The translations under genes and the position numbers were made by a program. 64,000 nucleotides of DNA, from positions 503,831 to 567,830 of the forward strand of contig CAWFNY010000001.1 of assembly GCA_963817435.1 (NCBI GenBank). Reading direction: 5' to 3'. Of this stretch, positions 9,147 through 18,495 are shown one piece after another; the stretch's first letter is position 1, and each line of letters starts with the position of its first letter. Under the pieces are notes generated by a model, which searched no databases, was not told the DNA's origin, and saw nothing but the letters and a program-made list of their open reading frames with translations. This stretch comes from an uncultured Gemmatimonadales bacterium (GTDB lineage Bacteria > Gemmatimonadota > Gemmatimonadetes > Gemmatimonadales > GWC2-71-9).

Positions 9147-10364
9147 ATGGATCTCTCGCTCTACTTCTCCGAGCAGCATCTTCAGGTCCGCGACATGGTG
9201 CGTGAGTTTGCCCGGACCGAGGTCGCTCCGGTTGCCCGCGAACTCGACCGGACCTCCGCCTTCCCCTGGGAGAACATCCGCAAGATGGGGGAACTCGGCC
9301 TCCTGGGCGTGCCGTGGCCGGAGGAACTCGGTGGCGCGGGCATGGACCAGCTTTCCTACTATATCACCATCCACGAACTGGCCAAGACCGACGCCAGCCA
9401 CGCGCTCACCATCAGCGCACACACCAACCTCGGCACCTCGCCGATCGTGGACTTCGGAACCGCCGAGCAGAAGCAGCGGTATGTTCCGCTGCTTGCCTCC
9501 GGCAAGGTGCTCGGCGGCTTCGGCCTGACGGAACCAGGGGCAGGCAGCGATGCGGGGGGCACAGCCACGACCGCCGTCGACAAGGGCGATCACTACCTCC
9601 TCAATGGTGCCAAGATCTTCATCACCCACGCCGGGGTCGGCGAGATCTTCGTGGCCACCGCCCGGACCGAGCCCGGGAAGGGGAACAAGGGGATCACGAG
9701 CTTCATCCTGACCAAGGAGACCTGTGACCTCGAGGCCTGCCGTGCAGTCGGGGTCGGCCACGAAGCGAGCCTGCCGCGGATCAAGGGATTCCGCGCGGGC
9801 AAGAAGGAAGACAAGATGGGATGGCGCGCGAGCGACACCCGGGAACTCATCTTCGAGGACGCGGTCGTGCCCAAGGAGAACATGCTCGGCGCGCCCGGGC
9901 AGGGCTTCATCAATTTCCTCAAGACCCTCGACGGCGGGCGGATCGGAATCGCCGCCCTCTCGCTCGGCATTGCGGAAGGTGCCTACGAAGAGGCCCTCCG
10001 GTATGCCGGCATCCGCAAGCAGTTCGGCAAGGCGATCGGCAGCTTCCAGGGCGTGCATTTCCAGCTGGCCGACATGGCCCTCGAGATCGAGGCGGGCACG
10101 CATCTGCTCTACCACGCCGCGTGGCTCAAGCAGAATGGCAAGCCGTTCAAGAAGGAAGCCGCCATGGCGAAGCTCTACTGCTCCGAACTGGCGATGCGGG
10201 TCACGACCAAGGCGGTCCAGATCTTCGGCGGATACGGCTACACCACGGAGTACCCGGTGGAGCGGATGATGCGGGACGCGAAGGTCTGCGAAATCGGGGA
10301 AGGAACCAGCGAAATCCAGCGAATCGTCATCGCCCGCCAGATCCTGGGCGACATCGTCAGCTAA
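9147..10364 (+). CDS. acyl-CoA dehydrogenase
   Basis: GFGLTEPGAGSD, the FITHAG region and C-terminal QIFGGYGYTTEYPVERMMRDAKVCEIGEGTSEIQR are classic ACAD signatures. Confidence 0.9.
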   Translation: MDLSLYFSEQHLQVRDMVREFARTEVAPVARELDRTSAFPWENIRKMGELGLLGVPWPEELGGAGMDQLSYYITIHELAKTDASHALTISAHTNLGTSPIVDFGTAEQKQRYVPLLASGKVLGGFGLTEPGAGSDAGGTATTAVDKGDHYLLNGAKIFITHAGVGEIFVATARTEPGKGNKGITSFILTKETCDLEACRAVGVGHEASLPRIKGFRAGKKEDKMGWRASDTRELIFEDAVVPKENMLGAPGQGFINFLKTLDGGRIGIAALSLGIAEGAYEEALRYAGIRKQFGKAIGSFQGVHFQLADMALEIEAGTHLLYHAAWLKQNGKPFKKEAAMAKLYCSELAMRVTTKAVQIFGGYGYTTEYPVERMMRDAKVCEIGEGTSEIQRIVIARQILGDIVS

Positions 10365-10845
10365 AGCAACCCCGGGGGTGGTGATTCGGAACCGCCCCCT
10401 GACGCTTCGGCTGTTGCCCTAACCCCCAGCCAATCCTATCTTTAGCCCATGCCTTCAAATTGGCTGGGCAATCGGTTCGCTCCCGTGGCGGCCGTCCTCC
10501 TTCTGGGGGGACGGCTCCTCGGCGCCCGGCCGCGTATCGTGGGACGACGCGCATCTGCGGTCGTCCCGCCAGCAGTGCATCAGCTTCGCCGCAGGAAGAC
10601 CGGAAGCGCCGGGTGCTCAAGCGCCCTTCGCGCCGGGGCCAAACGGCATTCCGTAGGACCGTATCCCAATTCCACGTCCCAGGCGACCGAATTGCCGGTC
10701 GCGGGGCAGTCCCGGTGGTCGCGGCGCGGGTCCCTTACCCGCGCCAATCCGATCGTCGGGCTCCAGACTTTTTTGACCGGACACGCGGATCTCCGACGCA
10801 CAGGCGTCGGCGGGGTCCTGTCGCCTCCGGCCGAGGTTCGCACGC

Positions 10846-12489
10846 GTGAAGCGCGAAATTCTGATCAACGGGAGCCAGCGGGAAACCCGCGTGGCAATTC
10901 TCGAGGACGACCGCCTCGTAGAGCTCTTGGTGGACCGCCAGGATCATCGCCGCATCGTCGGCGACATCTATCTGGGCAAGGTCGAAGCCGTCCTTCCGGG
11001 AATCCAGGCCGCATTCGTTGACATCGGGCTGGAGAAGAGCGCCTTTCTCCATGCCTCCGATCTCCTCGAGCCTGAGGAGGATGAGGAGCCGACCGGCGAA
11101 GAGGGCGACGACGCCTTCGAGGAAGCGGCCGAGATCGAGGGCGCCGAGGAAGGCGAAGGCAAGGGCCGGGGCCGGGGTCGCCGAGGTGGCGACGCCGCGG
11201 TGGCGAGCGAGCCACGTCAGCGGGAGGTGCGGTCGCGGCGGGCGCTTCCCGATATCTCGGACATCGTCAAGAAGGGGCAGACCCTCCTCGTGCAGGTGAC
11301 CAAGGAGCCCATCTCCACCAAGGGCTGCCGGGTCACGGCGCAGATCTCCCTCCCGGGCCGCTTCCTGGTCTACATGCCCTACGCCTCCAAGGTGGGCGTG
11401 AGCCGGAAGATCGAGAGCAAGGAACTCCGCAGCAAACTCCGCGAAATGGTGGCGACCTACCTGCCGAAGGATGCCGGCGGCATGATCGTCCGCACCGTGG
11501 CCGAAGGGGTCACCGAGGAGCATTTCCAGCGGGAGGTCGAGGGACTCCTCGGCCTCTGGAAGAAGATCAACAGGAAGAAGACCTTCGTCCGCGCCCCCGC
11601 GCTGGTGCAGCGGGAGACCTCACTGACGCGCGGCATCATCCGCGACCTCTTCAGCGCCAAGGTTGATTCGCTCCAGGTTGACTCGAAGGAGCTGTTCAAC
11701 GAAATCGATCTGTACCTCAAGCAGGTGGATCCTGAACTCGTCGATCGGGTCAATCTGTACAGCGACAACGTCCCGGTGTTCGACAAGTTCGACATCGAGA
11801 ACGAGATCCGCGACCTCTTCAAGGCACGGTGCGACCTGCCGACCGGCGGCTACATCATCATCCAGCCGACCGAGGCGCTGGTCTCGATCGACGTCAACAC
11901 CGGCCGGTACACCGGCAAGCGGGATCCCGAGAAGACGATCCTCAAGACCAATCTGGAGGCCGCGCGGGAGATCGCCCGGCAGATCCGCCTCCGCGATATC
12001 GGGGGCATCATCGTCTGCGACTTCATCGACATGGAGACCCGCCAGAATCGCGAGCGGGTGCTTCAGGAACTGAGAGCGCATCTCGGCCGCGACCGCGCCC
12101 GCACCAAGGCTTTCGCCGTGTCGGAACTGGGCCTGATCGAGATGACCCGGCAGCGGGTCCGGCCCTCGCTATGGCACTCGATGACCGCCGAGTGCCCCGC
12201 CTGCGGAGGCACCGGGCGGGTCTTCACGCCTGAGGTCATTGCGCGCCGCCTGGAACGGACTCTGAAGCGGGCGGGGCGGGAGCGGCGGGAGCGGCAGCTC
12301 GCGGTCCGGGTGCACCCAGAAGTGGCGCTCTACCTCCTCGAGGAGGAACCGAAGCTGATTCACACCCTCGGCAAGATGACCGGGCTCGAACTGGAGCTCC
12401 GGGATGATCCGATGATGCGGGTCGACGAGTTCCGGCTCATGAGCCGTCCGGGGGGCCGGGACGTCACCGACCTGTACGCGGTCGCCTAG
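10846..12489 (+). CDS. rng: ribonuclease E/G family endoribonuclease
   Basis: N-terminal S1 region (ILINGSQRETRVAILEDDRLVEL, GDIYLGKVEAVLPGIQAAFVDIG), DNase-I-like core (VSIDVNTGRYTG), and Zn-link CPACGGTG. GTG start. Confidence 0.85.
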   Translation: MKREILINGSQRETRVAILEDDRLVELLVDRQDHRRIVGDIYLGKVEAVLPGIQAAFVDIGLEKSAFLHASDLLEPEEDEEPTGEEGDDAFEEAAEIEGAEEGEGKGRGRGRRGGDAAVASEPRQREVRSRRALPDISDIVKKGQTLLVQVTKEPISTKGCRVTAQISLPGRFLVYMPYASKVGVSRKIESKELRSKLREMVATYLPKDAGGMIVRTVAEGVTEEHFQREVEGLLGLWKKINRKKTFVRAPALVQRETSLTRGIIRDLFSAKVDSLQVDSKELFNEIDLYLKQVDPELVDRVNLYSDNVPVFDKFDIENEIRDLFKARCDLPTGGYIIIQPTEALVSIDVNTGRYTGKRDPEKTILKTNLEAAREIARQIRLRDIGGIIVCDFIDMETRQNRERVLQELRAHLGRDRARTKAFAVSELGLIEMTRQRVRPSLWHSMTAECPACGGTGRVFTPEVIARRLERTLKRAGRERRERQLAVRVHPEVALYLLEEEPKLIHTLGKMTGLELELRDDPMMRVDEFRLMSRPGGRDVTDLYAVA

Positions 12490-12502
12490 GCCTCAGGGCC
12501 CC

Positions 12503-12531
12503 TTGCCGAAACTCCTGCCCGCCGCTACACT
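12503..12531 (+). promoter_or_regulatory. candidate sigma70-type promoter for rplU-rpmA
   Basis: TTGCCG, 17 nt, TACACT, located about 40 nt upstream of the rplU ATG. Confidence 0.3.
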
Positions 12532-12572
12532 TACGGGCTCTTGAGGCTAGTCTTTTCGACCACGAGTCCGAT

Positions 12573-12887
12573 ATGTACGCGATTATCCGCGCAGGCGGGA
12601 AGCAGTTCCGAGCCGAGAAGGGAATGACTCTCCAGGTCCCGCTGATGGACGATGCGGTGCCGGGCAGCACTCTGACCTTCGATGAGGTGCTGCTGTCTTC
12701 TGACGGCACCACGGTGAAGGCCGGCACCCCGCTGGTGAAGGGCGCCAAGGTCACCGCCGAGGTCATCGGCCTGGCCAAGGGCATCAAGATCTATGTCTGG
12801 AAGTTCAAGCGCCGGAAGAACTACCGCCGGAAGACCGGCCACCGCCAGAAGTACACCGCGGTGCGTATCACCGAAGTGACGGTCTGA
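12573..12887 (+). CDS. rplU: 50S ribosomal protein L21
   Basis: [18 protein letters not shown]-terminus, 104 aa, immediately upstream of rpmA. Confidence 0.95.
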   Translation: MYAIIRAGGKQFRAEKGMTLQVPLMDDAVPGSTLTFDEVLLSSDGTTVKAGTPLVKGAKVTAEVIGLAKGIKIYVWKFKRRKNYRRKTGHRQKYTAVRITEVTV

Positions 12888-12894
12888 GGATACC

Positions 12895-13170
12895 ATGGCT
12901 CACAAAAAGGGCGTCGGCTCCAGCCGCAACGGCCGCGATTCGAATCCGCAGTACCTTGGCGTGAAGCGCTACGGCGGCGAGCAGGTGATCGCCGGCAACA
13001 TCATCGTGCGCCAGCGCGGAACCAAGTTCCATCCGGGCAAGAACGTGGGTCTCGGCAACGACCACACGCTCTTCGCACTGGTGGATGGCGTGGTCAAGTT
13101 CGAGCACAAGGACAAGAAGCGGATGAAGGTTTCCGTCTACCCCGCCGAGGCCGCTGCAGCCGCGAGCTGA
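12895..13170 (+). CDS. rpmA: 50S ribosomal protein L27
   Basis: [29 protein letters not shown]. Confidence 0.95.
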   Translation: MAHKKGVGSSRNGRDSNPQYLGVKRYGGEQVIAGNIIVRQRGTKFHPGKNVGLGNDHTLFALVDGVVKFEHKDKKRMKVSVYPAEAAAAAS

Positions 13171-13193
13171 GCATCGGACAGGTTTCGGAATGC

Positions 13194-13226
13194 GGGGCCG
13201 GAGAACTTCTCCGGCCCTTTTCTTTT
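13194..13226 (+). terminator. rho-independent terminator after rpmA
   Basis: 10-bp GC stem GGGCCGGAGA/TCTCCGGCCC with a 3-nt loop, followed by TTTTCTTTTT. Confidence 0.65.
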
Positions 13227-13305
13227 TCCCCTCCGAGCTGCCAGAGTGAAACATGGCCAGGCACGACTGCGTTAGATTCAGCTGACCTGATGCCAAGGGG
13301 AGTGT

Positions 13306-13647
13306 ATGGCCGGAATCTTCGATACTCTGAACCGCGAACTCGAGACCTTCGGGAAGCGGGCCCAGCAGGCGCTCGACGAGGGCAAACTCCAGCTGGAGCG
13401 CTTCAGGCTGCAGCGCGAACGGGACGAGGCCGCCAGGAAGCTCGGCTACCTGTTCCACCAGCGCGAGCGCGGCCGGACCGTCGAGCAACCTGAAGTGGAC
13501 GCGTGGCTGCAGCGAATGGATGCCCACGACGCGGCGATCGCGCGAGTCGAGCGGGAGATGGCCGCGACCAAGGGGGAGTCGGTGACGGTGAGTGAAGCCC
13601 CGCCCCCGGCGAGCGCCCAGACTGGAGAGTCGGAGGTAGTGAAGTAG
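13306..13647 (+). CDS. hypothetical charged/coiled-coil protein (113 aa)
   Basis: GC3-rich ORF with a plausible ATG. No recognisable family. Confidence 0.4.
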   Translation: MAGIFDTLNRELETFGKRAQQALDEGKLQLERFRLQRERDEAARKLGYLFHQRERGRTVEQPEVDAWLQRMDAHDAAIARVEREMAATKGESVTVSEAPPPASAQTGESEVVK

Positions 13648-13675
13648 TCGTTCGCGGGCCCAGCAGCTCATGTGA

Positions 13676-13708
13676 GAACGCCCCCCAGGTCATCGACCCG
13701 GGGGGCGT
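13676..13708. terminator. GC-rich hairpin between convergent genes (possible bidirectional terminator)
   Basis: AACGCCCCCC ... GGGGGGCGTT, a 10-bp perfect stem, between the 13647 and 13737 gene ends. Confidence 0.4.
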
Positions 13709-13736
13709 TTCGTCTGCCTCAGGGGCTGCGATGGAC

Positions 13737-14990
13737 CTAGTAGGTCGGCGGCAGCTTCCGGTATCGGTCCAGCAAGTCGGTCTGACGGCTGGTATAGGGA
13801 ATCTCGGTTCCCCGGATGAAGACGTGGTCGGCATGACTCGCGAAGTCCAGCGGGTCGGCAGACCAGACCACGACGTCGGCGACCTTGCCACGCTCCAGCG
13901 ATCCGTAGCGATCGTCCACGCCGAAGGCGCGGGCCGGGGCCAGCGTGATCGCCGCGAGGGCGGCATCCCATGACATGCCGAACCGGACGGCGTGTCCCGC
14001 GGACCAGCGCAGGTTTCTCGGGCCCCCGCTCTGGCTCTCCGTCAGGATCACCGATACGCCGGCGCGCTGCAGCAGCGTCGCCGCGTCGAAGCGGGCGCCG
14101 GGCCCGTCGAACGTCGGAATGTCGTCGATCGGATTGAGGATGACTGGCACTCTGGCCGCCGCCAGCTCCGCGGCCAGCTTCCAGGCTTCCACGCCACCGC
14201 GAATGATGATCTTGAGCCGGAACTCGCGGGCCAGGCGAAGCGCACTGGCGATGTCGCTCTGCCGATTGGCATCGAACACCACCGGCAGCTCCCCCCGCAG
14301 CACCGGGCCCAGCGCCTCGAGGTCGGCCGCGGGCGCGGACAGCGCCTGCATCTGGTTCTTGCGGAAGTCCGCTTTCCTCCGGTCGTACTCCTGCGCGTCG
14401 GCGAAGAGCCGCCGGAGCGCCTCCAGCACACCCGCCCGGCTGCCGCCTCCCGCGCCCTTGCTCGATTCGCTCACGTTGATGACCATCGCGAGCGGGGAGC
14501 GGGTCACCAGCGTCTCGATCCGGTCGCCCAGCAGCTCGATCAGGACCGACTGCCCCGCGACCAGCCCGGATGACGGACCGGTGACCGCGGTGGTCACCCC
14601 CTCCAGCCGCGCGATCGCGATCAGCGGCGTCGCGGGGTCGATTCCCTCGGCCACGTTGAATGCGGCGTTGATGTCGCCGGAGTGATTCGCCTCGTTCGTC
14701 GCGTCCACGGAGCCGACCTGCTGCAGTCCGAGCGTCGTATTCGCGTGCATGAGGCCGGGGGTCACCCATTTGCCGGTCGCATCGATCCGGGTGGCGTCGG
14801 CGGGAATCGCGACGTCGGTGCCGACGTCCACGATGCGGCCGTCACGAATCAGGACGGTGGCGTGCTCGAGTTTCGGGCCGGAGACGGGGTAGACCGTGCC
14901 ACCGGTGATGGCGATCGTCTGCGCCGCGGCCACTCCAGGCCAGCAGGCGATCAGCGCCGCCGAGACCACTGCGCGTCCGCGGGCGATCAT
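13737..14990 (-). CDS. secreted amidohydrolase-family metallo-hydrolase
   Basis: Signal peptide (ALIACWPGVAAAQ). PGLMHANTTLG and the overall amidohydrolase/imidazolonepropionase-like pattern. Its start overlaps the upstream gene's stop. Confidence 0.8.
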   Translation of the reverse strand: MIARGRAVVSAALIACWPGVAAAQTIAITGGTVYPVSGPKLEHATVLIRDGRIVDVGTDVAIPADATRIDATGKWVTPGLMHANTTLGLQQVGSVDATNEANHSGDINAAFNVAEGIDPATPLIAIARLEGVTTAVTGPSSGLVAGQSVLIELLGDRIETLVTRSPLAMVINVSESSKGAGGGSRAGVLEALRRLFADAQEYDRRKADFRKNQMQALSAPAADLEALGPVLRGELPVVFDANRQSDIASALRLAREFRLKIIIRGGVEAWKLAAELAAARVPVILNPIDDIPTFDGPGARFDAATLLQRAGVSVILTESQSGGPRNLRWSAGHAVRFGMSWDAALAAITLAPARAFGVDDRYGSLERGKVADVVVWSADPLDFASHADHVFIRGTEIPYTSRQTDLLDRYRKLPPTY

Positions 14991-16399
14991 CGTCCCACTC
15001 CCGGCTCGGTGATACCCAGGTTGAAATCGGTGGACGGCTGATGTTTGGGGTCGTGCCGGTCGAAGACCAGCCAGCCGTCGTTGTAGACCTGATCCGCGGT
15101 GCTGTAGATCGAGAATGGGTCGCCCGACCAGAGTACCACGTCCGCCATCTTGCCGACCTCGAGCGTCCCGGTCACCGAGTCGATGCCGAGTGCCCAGGCG
15201 GGGTTCGCGGTGATCCAGCGGATCGCCTGTTCGCGTGTTACCGCGATCCCGGCCTGTTGCCCGGCGTACATCGCCTTGGCTGCGTCCTGATTCAGCCGCT
15301 GAATCCCGATGGCGTCGTCCGAGTGGATGATGGCGCGGGCGCCTGCCTGGGTGATCAGCGCCGCGTTCTGGGGCACGGCATCATACGATTCCATCTTGAA
15401 GCAGCACCAGTCGGACCACACCGACGCCGCGATGCCCTCCCGCGCGAGCAGGTCGGCCACCTTGTACCCCTCGACCACGTGATGGAAGGCCCGGATCTTG
15501 AACCCGAACTCGTGCGAGAGGTCGATCATCTGCGCCATTTCGTCGGCGCGATAGCAATGATTGTGTACCAGGATCCGTCCCCGCAGCACGTCGGCCAGCG
15601 TCTCGAGCTGCAGGTCGCGGTCGGGGGGATTGCCTTTTCTGTTCTTGAGCCACTCATCCCATTTCTGCCGGTACTGTTCCGCGCGAATGAATGCCTCACG
15701 ATAGCCCGCCATGTTGCCCATCCGGGTCGACGGGCCGCGACTCTGGTAGACCCGCTTCGGGTTCTCGCCGCACGCCATCTTCAGGCCGTAGGGTGCGCCC
15801 GGGAATTTCATCTCCTGGACGGTGCGCGCCGGGATCAGTCGGAGTGTCGCCGACCGGCCGCCGATGAGGTTCGCGGATCCAGGAAGCGCCTGAATGGTCG
15901 TGACGCCGCCCGCGATTGCGAGGGGAATCTGGGGATCCTGGGGCCAGAAGCTGTGTTCCGCCCAGACCTGGGCGGTCACCGGATTGGTGGCCTCATTGCC
16001 GTCGCTTTCCGCGAAGGTGCCGGGGGCCGAGTAGACGCCGAGGTGGCTGTGGGTATCGATGAGGCCCGGGGTGACGAACTTCCCGGTACCGTCGACAACC
16101 GTCGCATCCGGCGGGGGCTCGAGATTCGTGCCCACGGAGACGATCCGCCCATCGCGGAAGAGAATTGAGGCGCCGGACATCTCGGCGCCGACGCCGGTCA
16201 TGATCGTCGCGTTGCGGATGAATACCGGTGGGTACGGTTTCCGCTGGTAGGTGGAGGGATACTGACTCCGCTCCCAGCTCTGGGTGGCTCTCGACGACGA
16301 GGACGCCGCCGCCGCCGGAGCCGGGCCCGCCGTCTGCGCGGTGGTGGCGCATGCGGCCAGTGCCAGCGGAAGCAGTCCGAGGATTGATGAGCGAGGCAT
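14987..16399 (-). CDS. amidohydrolase-family lipoprotein
   Basis: Start set at MPRSSILGLLPLALAAC (lipobox), confirmed as CAT at 16397-16399 on the + strand. PGLIDTHSHLG metal-binding motif. Confidence 0.8.
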   Translation of the reverse strand: MPRSSILGLLPLALAACATTAQTAGPAPAAAASSSSRATQSWERSQYPSTYQRKPYPPVFIRNATIMTGVGAEMSGASILFRDGRIVSVGTNLEPPPDATVVDGTGKFVTPGLIDTHSHLGVYSAPGTFAESDGNEATNPVTAQVWAEHSFWPQDPQIPLAIAGGVTTIQALPGSANLIGGRSATLRLIPARTVQEMKFPGAPYGLKMACGENPKRVYQSRGPSTRMGNMAGYREAFIRAEQYRQKWDEWLKNRKGNPPDRDLQLETLADVLRGRILVHNHCYRADEMAQMIDLSHEFGFKIRAFHHVVEGYKVADLLAREGIAASVWSDWCCFKMESYDAVPQNAALITQAGARAIIHSDDAIGIQRLNQDAAKAMYAGQQAGIAVTREQAIRWITANPAWALGIDSVTGTLEVGKMADVVLWSGDPFSIYSTADQVYNDGWLVFDRHDPKHQPSTDFNLGITEPGVGR

Positions 16400-16425
16400 C
16401 GCGCGGTTCCTTTGCACCAGCGGGG

Positions 16426-18495
16426 TCAGGGGTTCACGGCGACGAAGACCACGGGCGAATTGGCAAGTTCGACCCGGACGACCCGGTGGGGAAGTGCGGT
16501 CGTCACAAAGAAGGAGACCCGCTGCTGGCCCCCTTCGAGATCGGCGCGATAGCACTCGAAGCTGCCGGCGGGAGTGTTGACCTGGGTGATATCCGCGGCA
16601 GTGAGGGTCAGGCCGCGAATGGCGTTCTCGCCGGAGACGAACACCTGGAACGACCAGCGGGTGTTCATCGCCCACGGGAGCAGCGGCAGGATCGCCTGGA
16701 CCGCGTTGTCGTCGAGCACGGTGGACGCGACGGCGGTGTCCACCGTGAAATGCTCCGGGCCGTTGGGGCCGACGACCTGCACCTCACCCCGCACCCGCCC
16801 GCCGCTGTATCCGAGCCGAATCCGGGTGTCCTGGCCGCGGACGACGCCGGCCTGATCCAGGTGGCGCATGTGGCCGACGGTGTCGAACGTCAGCGTCGTC
16901 GTCTGGTTGAGCGCCTGCCCGAGTTGGGTGCGCTCGGAGTAGACCAGGCTGTCGCCGTCCCGCGCCAGCCGGGTCACCTGCAGGCCGATCGTCTGCCCCT
17001 GGGCGAGAATGGCGAGCGTATCGGTCCGCGGCGCCACCGACGCGAGATTGAGGACCAGCGCTCCGGCATGCGGCTCGATTTCCGCGGGGGTGAGCGGATG
17101 GCCATCGTTGGCGAAGAGCTGCACCGGGGCGATACGGCTGAGTGGCCCATACAGGCGGGCGCCATCGCCCACGACCACGGTGACGAGGGCGTTCGCCGGA
17201 AATGCGCGTCGGGCGACGGCGCGAACCTGGGCCGCGGTGATGCCCGCGACTTTCATCCGGTATCCGGCGACATAGCTCGCGGGAAGTCCAAGCACGCTGG
17301 TCTCGGTGATCCCGCCAGCGAGCTGACTGGCACTCTGCAGCCGCAGGGCGAATGCGCCAGCGACGTTTTCCCTCGCGCGGGCAAGTTCCCGCGCGGGGGC
17401 GAGCTCGTTTCTGAGGAGATCCAGCTGCGCGTACATCTCGCGCAGCGCGGAGTCGGTGGCCTCGGCCGGCACGGCCGCCGTCGCCTGGAACAGTCCGAGC
17501 CGCGACGTCCGGAGGAAGGAGGCCCCCGTCGCCGAGGTCCATGCATGGTCGCGTCCGAGTGCGCGAACGAGCCGGCCGTTGCGTTCATCGCCGATGATGC
17601 GATTCAGGACGGCCGCCGCGTAGTAGGCCGTGTCGGTGCCGGCGAAGGTCGTGCCGCCGACCAGGATGCTCGCGTCTCGCGCACCGGGCACGTGCACCAG
17701 CACGATGCCGCGGGGCGGGGCACTCTTCACCGGCACCGGCAGCGGCGCCGGCTTCACGCCCTTCCACGCGCCGAATGCCTTTGTCGCAAGGCGCCGTGCC
17801 TCGGGCAAGGTGATGTCGCCGACGACGACGAGAATCGCACCGGCCGGCCGGACCCGCGCCTTGTGGAAGGCCAGAAGATCCTCCCGGGTGATCGCGGTAA
17901 CAGAGGCGGGTGTCGCCCGCCGCGCGTACGGAAAGCGCTGGTAGGCGCCGATCAGGAAGATCCGGGCGGCCAGAGTGCCCGGATCCGCGAGACCGCCCTG
18001 CAACGCGTCGGCGGTCTGGCCGCGGAGGAGCTCCAGCTCGTCGCGCGCGAGCGCGGGCCGCAGCAGCCCGTCGGCGATGAGCTCGAAGGCGAGCGCGGCA
18101 TGCGCTGAAACGACGTCGGCCTGGACGGTGAGAAAATCGGGATCGGCGGCGGCGCTCAGCGAACCGCCCACGCCTTCAATCGCCGCTGCCACCTGGGACG
18201 CGGTGCGGGTGCCGCCGCCGCGCGTGACCAGCCCGGCCAGCATCTCGGCGAGGCCTTCCCGGTCCGGTGGGTCGAACGCGCTCCCAGCCGGCACCGAGAG
18301 GGTCAGCGACAGCACCGGCTGCCGATGCTGCTCCAGCAGGATCATTCGCAGCCCGTTGGCCAGCACCGCCTCCTGGGCGCGGGGCAGGGATGGAGCGATA
18401 ATCGGGGCCGGTTCGGGGGGGCCGGCCGGCACCTGCTGTGCGGCCAGTGGCAGCACGGGAGCCAGCAGGGCGCCCACCAGCATGGTGCGGTTCAT
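16426..18495 (-). CDS. M16-family (insulinase-like) protein, non-catalytic type, with ~230-aa C-terminal extension
   Basis: Signal peptide, two M16-like halves, and no HxxEH (the equivalent position reads GLAEMLAGLVTRGG). There is an extra beta-rich C-terminal region of unknown family. Confidence 0.7.
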   Translation of the reverse strand: MNRTMLVGALLAPVLPLAAQQVPAGPPEPAPIIAPSLPRAQEAVLANGLRMILLEQHRQPVLSLTLSVPAGSAFDPPDREGLAEMLAGLVTRGGGTRTASQVAAAIEGVGGSLSAAADPDFLTVQADVVSAHAALAFELIADGLLRPALARDELELLRGQTADALQGGLADPGTLAARIFLIGAYQRFPYARRATPASVTAITREDLLAFHKARVRPAGAILVVVGDITLPEARRLATKAFGAWKGVKPAPLPVPVKSAPPRGIVLVHVPGARDASILVGGTTFAGTDTAYYAAAVLNRIIGDERNGRLVRALGRDHAWTSATGASFLRTSRLGLFQATAAVPAEATDSALREMYAQLDLLRNELAPARELARARENVAGAFALRLQSASQLAGGITETSVLGLPASYVAGYRMKVAGITAAQVRAVARRAFPANALVTVVVGDGARLYGPLSRIAPVQLFANDGHPLTPAEIEPHAGALVLNLASVAPRTDTLAILAQGQTIGLQVTRLARDGDSLVYSERTQLGQALNQTTTLTFDTVGHMRHLDQAGVVRGQDTRIRLGYSGGRVRGEVQVVGPNGPEHFTVDTAVASTVLDDNAVQAILPLLPWAMNTRWSFQVFVSGENAIRGLTLTAADITQVNTPAGSFECYRADLEGGQQRVSFFVTTALPHRVVRVELANSPVVFVAVNP

